From positions 2,752,001 through 2,816,000 of the forward strand of contig OY969474.1 in the NCBI GenBank assembly GCA_963700145.1: a DNA stretch of 64,000 nt. The letters are read 5' to 3'. Below are positions 57,088-64,000 of the stretch, in pieces (position 1 is the first letter of the stretch; each line of letters begins with the position of its first letter). The DNA is from an uncultured Acidobacteriota bacterium. GTDB lineage: Bacteria; Acidobacteriota; Thermoanaerobaculia; Multivoradales; UBA5704. The notes under the pieces were generated by a model. That model was given only the letters and a program-made list of their open reading frames with translations, was not told the origin of the DNA and did no database searches. Made by a program: the position numbers and the translations under genes.

Positions 57088-60000
57088 TTGCTTTTTCTTT
57101 GGCTCTCAGCGGACGCCGTTCTCGGACCGAAACCCCCTGTCGAGTCTTCTTGGGTGCTTGGGAGCGAGGGTCTCCACGCGAGCGAGATGTCCGGAGCCGA
57201 GCCTCGCTCGGTTCCCGATGAGGTAAGCGACCGCGATGACAAAGTCAGGTCACTCCTGGAGGCTGGGAAGTACCGGGACGCAATTGCTTTCGCCCGCGAA
57301 CTCGTCGCGCGGGAGAAAGCCTCCGCCGGCCCCTCTCTGGCTGGGCACCTTCACTGGCTCGGTTCCGCCCTCAACTCGTGCTCTCAGTACCGTGAAGCCC
57401 GACCGCTTCTCGAGCGAGCGGTGGAGATCAAACAGCAGATGCGGCCACGCGATGGCTTGGGCTTGGCCTCCAGCCTGATCGAGCTCGCGCGCGCCTTGGT
57501 CGGACTTGGAGATTTCCCTGCCGCAGCCATCCGCCTCGGCGCTGCCCTTTCCCTCTTGGAGAAGGAGGGAGGCAGCGAAACCAGGATTCTTGCCGATGCA
57601 CTGTCCGTCCGCGCTTCCCTCTTCCTTTCCCAGGCTCGGTACCGAGAGGCAAAGCCACTTCTTGAGCGTGCGCTCGCGATTCGTCGGCGGATCGGTCTGG
57701 AATCCGACGCGGGGCGTAGCCTCGCCCAACTCGCATCCCTTTTCGGCGAGCAGCGCGACCGAACAGGGGCACTGCCGCTGATCGAAGAATCGCTCGCCAT
57801 CCTCGAGCGGACCCTCGGGCCAGGGCATCCGGCGCTCGTCCCCCCGCTGACACTCCTCGCGTGGAGTCGAATCGAGAAGCGCGAGACCGCCCAGGCCCAG
57901 GCTCTCGTCAGCCGCCAGATCCAGATCGCCGAGGATGCCTGCGGCCCAAGCAACTCTCTTTCAGTTTCGGCGCTCCTCCAACGTGCATGGCTCCATCTGC
58001 TAGTCCACGATACCTCCGCGGCCCGCGCCGACGCCGACGAGGCCATTCGGATCCAGGAAGCCTCGATCGGCGCTGCCAGCCCGCGCCTGGCCGCATGGCT
58101 TCGCCTTCAGGGTGACGTTCTGGTGGAGGCGGGTGACATTAACGGGGCAGAGTTAGCGTTACGACGGTCGCTCGAGCTGGCTAGAGTTCCGGGAGGCGAG
58201 GTCCTCACCGCTGCGACCACAACCTCACTGGGCGCTCTGAGCTTGGCTCAGGGCAAACCGGAGGAGGCGAGAGAGCTGTTCGAGCGTTCGCTGGGCATCT
58301 ACGACGCCCAACTCGGGCCTGGCCACCCACTCTCCCTCGTTGACCTGCAGTTACTTATCGGCATCGCACTTTCTCGCGGAGAGGATGGCGGAAAAATTGC
58401 TCCGCTTCTCGAGCGCGCTATCCCCTTGGCGGAAAAGGTCTATGGCCCTGATCATCTCGGTGCCGCACAGATGACGCTGTTACTAGTACCCATCCTCGGC
58501 AGAAGGGGCGAGGTCTGGCTAGCGGAAATACAGGCAATAAAAGCGTTCCAAGTCCTTGAAAGGAAGTTGGGGCCGGCGAGCGCCGATTTGGCCCAACCGC
58601 TCATTGTGCTTGGCCAGGCCGAAACGGCGAAGGGCGACTTCGGAGCGGCCCGCTCCCACTTCGATCGTGCCGTCGCCCTTTTTCGCTCCCGGTTCGGAGA
58701 CTTGCACCCAGCGACCGCCGCCGCGCGCCTTCAGCTGGCGCAGCTGTTCGAGTCCCAGGGGGATCTCGCTGGCGCGGGAGTTCTCTACAAAGCCGCCGCG
58801 ACTGTGCTCGCAACGCACCTTGGGCCCGACCATCCTGCCGCGGTCCAGGCGACCGCTGGATCGGCTTCGGTCGCGCTACGCTCGGGCAAAGTTGAAGAGG
58901 CGGCACAGCTTTATGATCTCGCCATCGCATCGCTCGAGCGGGCACTCGGTGCCGAAGCCGCCAGCCTTGCGCCGCTCCTCGCCACTCGGGCGGCGATTTA
59001 CCAGCTGCAAGGCCAGCTCACACGGGCCGAGGCGACATTCGTTCGGGCCACCGAGAGCGTCGGTCGAGACTCGTCTGAGGTGCTCTTGCGCGCGCAAATC
59101 GATGCCGGCCGAGCGTCGGTGCTCGGCGAGATGGCAAGGCCATCAGAAGCGCGCAGGCTTTTTGAGCAGGCGGTCGATGTCCTCGACGCGGGCGGAGATA
59201 GCTTGGCCCTAGCCTCGGTTCTGCAACAGCAGGGATCATTCCTGTTGGCTCAAGCGTCTTATGGGGACGCCGCGGGAGCCTTCGAGCGCGCCTACCTCAT
59301 TATCCAGAAGCTTGGGGGCGCCGACCATGCCCTCGGTGGTCACAGCTTGGTGGGACGCGGGGTGGTGGAGGAAGCAAGAGGCGACTTTGCGGCCGCGCGG
59401 ACCTCCTATGACGCGGCGTTGTCCCTCTGGCAGACGCATTGGGGGGCCGAGCACCCGTACGTCGCCCAAGCCCTGATGCATCTGGGCCAGCTGGCGATGC
59501 ACTTAGGTGATTTCGAGGCGGCAGAGGAGACGTTTCGGCGATCTTTGGCAATCCAGAAGACGATCGCGGGCGCGCCGCGTCCTGCCGTCGGACAAGCCCT
59601 ACTTGCCCTCGGCAACGTGCGTTCCAAGCGCGGTGACTATCCTGCCGCCCGGGCCTTCATCGAGGAATCACTCACCATAGCCCAGGAGGCCTTTGGTCCG
59701 ACTGACCCCAGACTCGCCGCGCCCTTTAACAGCCTTGGTGTATTGCTCCGCGAACAGGGCCGGTTCAGAGAATCGGCTGCCGCTCTCGACCACGCCCGCC
59801 AACTGCTTGAGGACGCGAGGCAGACCGATTCGCTCCATTACGCAGCCGTGCTCGAGAATCTGGGCGGGTGTTTCCTCAGTATGGGGCGATTCCGCGAGGC
59901 GCGGCCCTTGCTGGAGCGGGCGTTGGCCAAACGGCGCGAGCGAATGGGCCCCGAGCATCCCGACATAGCACGAAGCCTCGGAGCTCTCGCCTCACTCCTC

Positions 60001-62691
60001 GCTTCGGAAGGTGACTACGACGGCAGCCGCCGTGCCTCCGAGACCGCGCTGGCGATCTTCGACAAAGCCCAAAAGATCTCTCCCGACGACGCGGCGAGGG
60101 TAAAGAGCGCTCTTGCCCCTGTGCTCACTCAGCAGGGCGAGTATGCGCGGGCTCGCCGGCTCGCGCAGGGGTCCTTGGAGACCCTTCGCAACCTGCTGGG
60201 ACCGGGTCATCCAGACGTCGGTGACGCTCTACGCAATCTCGGTGACATGCTTCAACAACAGGGAGAATGTCCGGCAGCCATCGACGCATATCGGTCGGGA
60301 TTAGCCGTGACTGAGCAGGCTCTGGGGGCCGATCATCCACAAGCCGGGCTCATCCTCCGCGGCCTGGGCGTGGCTCTCCGCTGCAAGGGGGATCTGGTCG
60401 CGGCGCGCGAAACCCTGGAGCGAGCGAGGAGAATTCTCGGAGCCTCTTTGGGCGAAGAAGCCCCGGTTGTGGGCGAAATCTTGTTCCACCTGGGGCTGCT
60501 TCGTACCAGTCAGGGAGACCTGGAGCCTGGCGAGGCGCTAATCAGCCGCGCGGCAGGAATCTTCGAATCCAGTTTTGGTCCAGATCATCCCGGCCTGATC
60601 GCCATCCTCTCCAACCTCGCCATTCAGCGATCTCTGCTCCAGCGGCGAGAGGAGTCAGCCGCACTCCTAGACAAGGCTATGAAGATCCAGTCTACTCGGG
60701 AGCGTGAGAGTAGTGCATCTTCCGTGGGTTTGCTGTGCCATATCGCGTCGGCACAGGCTGCCACCTCGCATGCGGATTCGGCCAAGGCCACCTACGAACG
60801 AGCCCTTGAAGGCCTAGGAGAGCTTGGTCGGGCTTCCGGGTTGGAAGCGATGGGACTGCTCATGGGCCACGGTGCAGCAAGCCTGGTGGCGGGAGATCTC
60901 AAAGCAGCCAGGACCTCCTACGTGTCAGCTCAGGGTATGGCCGCGAAGGCCTTGGGCGCCGACGACCCTAGATTGGGGCTGATCGTTGGCAATCTTGGGC
61001 TCGTGGATTGGCGAGAGGGAAAGCGGGCCTCGGCGCGCCGGAGGCTTCTCCGCGCGGCCGATATCCTCCGCCACGGCACGGAAACTCTGCTGCCGTCGTT
61101 GTCTTTTGCCGAGCAACGCGCCTTCCTGGGCACTCTCGTGGGGTATCCGGTTCCCTATCTTCTCTCCTTTCTTAGGGGAGGGACGGACCTGAAAGGCGCG
61201 GCTGCACGAGTACTTCCCTTGAAGGGGTTGCTTGTCGAGTCTCTGCGGAGAGAGGCGGTCCTCACTAAGACGGCAGCGCTCGAGCCGCACTTGGCGCCCC
61301 GCGTGGAGCGGCTGCGCGAACTGCGCATGGAGATCAGCGGGTTGCATACGGCCCAATCGGCGAACCAAGGTGAGTTCAGGCTACGGCTGCGCGAGCTAAG
61401 CAGGGAGAAGGAGCAGATTGAGCGGGACCTCGTAAGGATGGATTTGGGAACGGGTCTCGAAGACCCCATGAAAGGGATCGACGATCGTTTCGTCCAGCGC
61501 CTGCTGGCGCCGGACGAAGCGATCGTCGATGTATACCGGTACCAGGACCTTTCCGGCAACAAGCCAGTTGATCAGTACGGAGCTGTTGTGATCACGCCGC
61601 GGCGTGATCCGGTCCTTGTCAGCCTGGGTCGCGTCACAGAGGTTCACATGACCCTTCAGTACTGGTGGAACCTCGTGCTCTACGCGAGCGCAGGTGTCGA
61701 TACTACCGACGCCGCCTGGCAGGCTCTCGCGGACAGGCTTTGGGCGCCCATCGTATCCAAGCTGGCGCCGGCGACGCGACGGATTTGGATAAGCCCGGAT
61801 GACGAACTCTCCCGAATTCCCTGGCAGCTGTTTCCCCCGACTGGAAGCGGCCACCCTTCGCGCCTGGTAACCCAGATCGACTCGGTACGCGAGCTGGTGC
61901 GCCTGAGAAACCACGGCCAACCCGCCGCTAGTCCCGTCAGGCCGGTCGCTCTGATCGCAGGCGGTATCGATTTCGACGTTGGTGCTGGGGATTCGGACCG
62001 ACGTTTCGCGCCGCTTCCAGCCAGCGCGGCTGAGGCCGAGGCCATCCGTGACCTGGGACTGCGCGAGGGGTTCGATGTGAGGCTCCTCGCGGGAGCGGCG
62101 GCGAGCAAGAAAGAGATCCTCGACCGTCTGCCACAGGCCGACTACGTGCATGTTGCGACCCATGGATTCTTCGCAAGGAGTGCGCCAGCCGCGGACTCCG
62201 CCGATCTCTCCGCAGCATTTGGCGGGCTGCGGGAACCTTGGATGGAGTTGCTGGGCCAGGCACGCAACCCCCTCGCAGAGTCTGGGATCGCAGTGGCCGG
62301 GGCAAATCGGCGGCCGTCGGCAACCGGGGAGTCCACGGGCGTCCTTACAGCAGAGGAACTGGTCGGTCTCGACCTAGGCCGCGTCCGTGTCCTGACGCTC
62401 TCCGGGTGCGAGACGGGACGCGGCGAAGAGGCGACAGGGCAGGGCGTTCTTGGCCTGCGCGCGGCCCTCCTCGCCGCGGGCGCGAGAAGCTTGATCATGT
62501 CAGTCTGGAAGGTACCGGACGAGGCGACCCAGGAACTGATGCGGCGGTTCTATGCCAATCTTTGGGAGCGGAAGCTACCACGGCTCGCAGCTCTCCTCGC
62601 AGCCCAGAAGGACCTGCGGGAGGATCCTTCCGGAAAATTCACTGCTCCGTTGAACTGGGCGGGTTGGATCCTCGTCGGCGAGGGCTGGTAA
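57088..62691 (+). CDS. Large TPR-CHAT (caspase-like) protein
   Basis: Many kinesin-light-chain-type TPRs (LGPDHP); catalytic HVATHG and LSGCETG; WAGWILVG. Confidence 0.93.
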   Translation: MLFLWLSADAVLGPKPPVESSWVLGSEGLHASEMSGAEPRSVPDEVSDRDDKVRSLLEAGKYRDAIAFARELVAREKASAGPSLAGHLHWLGSALNSCSQYREARPLLERAVEIKQQMRPRDGLGLASSLIELARALVGLGDFPAAAIRLGAALSLLEKEGGSETRILADALSVRASLFLSQARYREAKPLLERALAIRRRIGLESDAGRSLAQLASLFGEQRDRTGALPLIEESLAILERTLGPGHPALVPPLTLLAWSRIEKRETAQAQALVSRQIQIAEDACGPSNSLSVSALLQRAWLHLLVHDTSAARADADEAIRIQEASIGAASPRLAAWLRLQGDVLVEAGDINGAELALRRSLELARVPGGEVLTAATTTSLGALSLAQGKPEEARELFERSLGIYDAQLGPGHPLSLVDLQLLIGIALSRGEDGGKIAPLLERAIPLAEKVYGPDHLGAAQMTLLLVPILGRRGEVWLAEIQAIKAFQVLERKLGPASADLAQPLIVLGQAETAKGDFGAARSHFDRAVALFRSRFGDLHPATAAARLQLAQLFESQGDLAGAGVLYKAAATVLATHLGPDHPAAVQATAGSASVALRSGKVEEAAQLYDLAIASLERALGAEAASLAPLLATRAAIYQLQGQLTRAEATFVRATESVGRDSSEVLLRAQIDAGRASVLGEMARPSEARRLFEQAVDVLDAGGDSLALASVLQQQGSFLLAQASYGDAAGAFERAYLIIQKLGGADHALGGHSLVGRGVVEEARGDFAAARTSYDAALSLWQTHWGAEHPYVAQALMHLGQLAMHLGDFEAAEETFRRSLAIQKTIAGAPRPAVGQALLALGNVRSKRGDYPAARAFIEESLTIAQEAFGPTDPRLAAPFNSLGVLLREQGRFRESAAALDHARQLLEDARQTDSLHYAAVLENLGGCFLSMGRFREARPLLERALAKRRERMGPEHPDIARSLGALASLLASEGDYDGSRRASETALAIFDKAQKISPDDAARVKSALAPVLTQQGEYARARRLAQGSLETLRNLLGPGHPDVGDALRNLGDMLQQQGECPAAIDAYRSGLAVTEQALGADHPQAGLILRGLGVALRCKGDLVAARETLERARRILGASLGEEAPVVGEILFHLGLLRTSQGDLEPGEALISRAAGIFESSFGPDHPGLIAILSNLAIQRSLLQRREESAALLDKAMKIQSTRERESSASSVGLLCHIASAQAATSHADSAKATYERALEGLGELGRASGLEAMGLLMGHGAASLVAGDLKAARTSYVSAQGMAAKALGADDPRLGLIVGNLGLVDWREGKRASARRRLLRAADILRHGTETLLPSLSFAEQRAFLGTLVGYPVPYLLSFLRGGTDLKGAAARVLPLKGLLVESLRREAVLTKTAALEPHLAPRVERLRELRMEISGLHTAQSANQGEFRLRLRELSREKEQIERDLVRMDLGTGLEDPMKGIDDRFVQRLLAPDEAIVDVYRYQDLSGNKPVDQYGAVVITPRRDPVLVSLGRVTEVHMTLQYWWNLVLYASAGVDTTDAAWQALADRLWAPIVSKLAPATRRIWISPDDELSRIPWQLFPPTGSGHPSRLVTQIDSVRELVRLRNHGQPAASPVRPVALIAGGIDFDVGAGDSDRRFAPLPASAAEAEAIRDLGLREGFDVRLLAGAAASKKEILDRLPQADYVHVATHGFFARSAPAADSADLSAAFGGLREPWMELLGQARNPLAESGIAVAGANRRPSATGESTGVLTAEELVGLDLGRVRVLTLSGCETGRGEEATGQGVLGLRAALLAAGARSLIMSVWKVPDEATQELMRRFYANLWERKLPRLAALLAAQKDLREDPSGKFTAPLNWAGWILVGEGW

Positions 62692-62701
62692 GAGTTCGAC
62701 C

Positions 62702-64000
62702 TCATTTAGCAAGGGCAGACCTAAACTCGATATCTTCGCCGTGACATACCTGCGCCTCCGGCTCCTGATCGACCTGGGAAACGGAGGTTACGCCGGGCGC
62801 CATCCTTTTTTTCTGGGCCCGTTTCGCCCTTACCGGGGACCGCGGAAAAAGCTCGGCATGCAGCGGCGAGGGCCTGTCCAGTTCCCGCTCACTGGTCCCG
62901 TTGCCCAATCCTTCGTCCCGAGCCCGGTCAAGACCGGTCAGCATGAAGGCTGCCCAGAAAAAGGGCAAGCGCCATTCCGGCCGTGCCAGGATCTCGAGCT
63001 GCGCGGCCCGCAGTGCCGTTGCGGCCGGCTCTCCCTGCCGCAGCCGGCGATGCAGTGCCACCATCAACGCCGCCGTGGCTCGGTCATCGATGCGCCAGAG
63101 TGTCGAGATCGCAGCCGGAGCGCCCGCAGCGAGCAATGCGCGGCTCAGGCTGACGATATCGTCCCCCTCGCTACGCTCTCCCAGGGCGGTGTCGCAGGCG
63201 GACAACACCACCACGCGCGTGGTGGAGAGATCAAGATTGAAAATCTCATGGACCTCAAGCCGACCATCCTGCCCACCACCCGGGGCGAGATCAACGCGGC
63301 TGAACAGCGGATGCACAGGATCATAGACACCATGAGCCGCCAGATGGAGGACGCCGGCCCGCCCCGCTTCTCTCCGGACCAGAGCCTCGCTGGCAGCAAT
63401 GCCGCGATAGACCGGTGCACCGTAGAGGGCCGCGACCGCCTCCGCCTCCTCGCCAGCCTCGGGCAAGCTCCCGTCGGGGTTGCCCAGCACCAGGGCTCCC
63501 CCCGCCGCCGGCTTTCCCTGCGCGACGAAGCGCAAGACGCTGGCGCTGGGCGCTAACGAAAGAGTGTGATCCTCGATCAGGAAACGGCCGGACGGCTTGC
63601 GGAGAGCGGCGAAAGGAAGGTAATGCAACGGCCCATGCGGGACGACAACGAGGTTCTCGTGGCGCAGGAACGGCTCGAGGGGACCCAAGAGAGCCGCATA
63701 CAGCTCCAGTACACCCAGGTCGTCTTCCCTGCGACCGGCTAGTTGGTCCCGCAGCGTCTTCACCTTGTTCTGAAGATCCCCGGCGGCGACCGGCAGCTCC
63801 ACGAGATCCATGGTTTCCCGGTCGATCACCCAAGCCAGCGTTCGGCGATCGAGAACGAAGAATTCGATCAGCGTAGTCTTGGCGGGCAGGAGTCGCTGGA
63901 CCTCCTCCCGGCCTGCGACTTGGACGCTGATCAGGGACGCATATTCCGGGCTCGCCCGCTTGAGCCGGTCTAGCACCCCCTCGTACGCCCGGCTCGCCTC
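62702..64000 (-). CDS. CHAT domain protein (5' part outside window)
   Basis: PHGPLHYLPF, LHLAAHG, LSACDT, FFWAAF. Confidence 0.92.
   Translation of the reverse strand, partial: EASRAYEGVLDRLKRASPEYASLISVQVAGREEVQRLLPAKTTLIEFFVLDRRTLAWVIDRETMDLVELPVAAGDLQNKVKTLRDQLAGRREDDLGVLELYAALLGPLEPFLRHENLVVVPHGPLHYLPFAALRKPSGRFLIEDHTLSLAPSASVLRFVAQGKPAAGGALVLGNPDGSLPEAGEEAEAVAALYGAPVYRGIAASEALVRREAGRAGVLHLAAHGVYDPVHPLFSRVDLAPGGGQDGRLEVHEIFNLDLSTTRVVVLSACDTALGERSEGDDIVSLSRALLAAGAPAAISTLWRIDDRATAALMVALHRRLRQGEPAATALRAAQLEILARPEWRLPFFWAAFMLTGLDRARDEGLGNGTSERELDRPSPLHAELFPRSPVRAKRAQKKRMAPGVTSVSQVDQEPEAQVCHGEDIEFRSALAK

Overview
High-GC bacterial DNA; the gene repertoire (TPR/CHAT proteins, REP-like repeat, FHA-kinase cluster) suggests Acidobacteriota/Thermoanaerobaculia, which is inference. 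The left part (1-28.7 kb) is a lower-GC genomic island ending at the 3' end of a minus-strand tRNA-Ala(GGC) at 28697-28772. It carries an IS256, a TPR protein / secreted DPNG-ending peptide / ECF sigma trio, candidate defence nucleases, a SymE toxin, several cargo genes and a core mobile module. That module has a large serine recombinase, TOPRIM protein, helicase-like ATPase with iterons, XRE, RuvC-like protein and two VirD4/HerA-like ATPases, one fused to a nuclease and an excisionase-like HTH. The most striking feature lies downstream of the recombinase. A site inside its 3' end recurs twice, once with a spare C-terminal tail plus the same terminator, and the two copies bracket a GH16 gene as a 26-bp direct repeat; a ~130-nt structured RNA element is also duplicated. 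This looks like a serine-recombinase-driven, integron-like cassette array. The right part (28.8-64 kb) is host chromosome: a mycobacterial-like FHA/PP2C/Ser-Thr kinase/SEDS-PBP fusion operon, an unannotated UxxC selenoprotein with a SECIS, a carboxylesterase, a TetR-RND efflux operon, housekeeping genes, an alkD pseudogene and two convergent CHAT protease genes. All calls come from reading the sequence by eye; no database searches were run.
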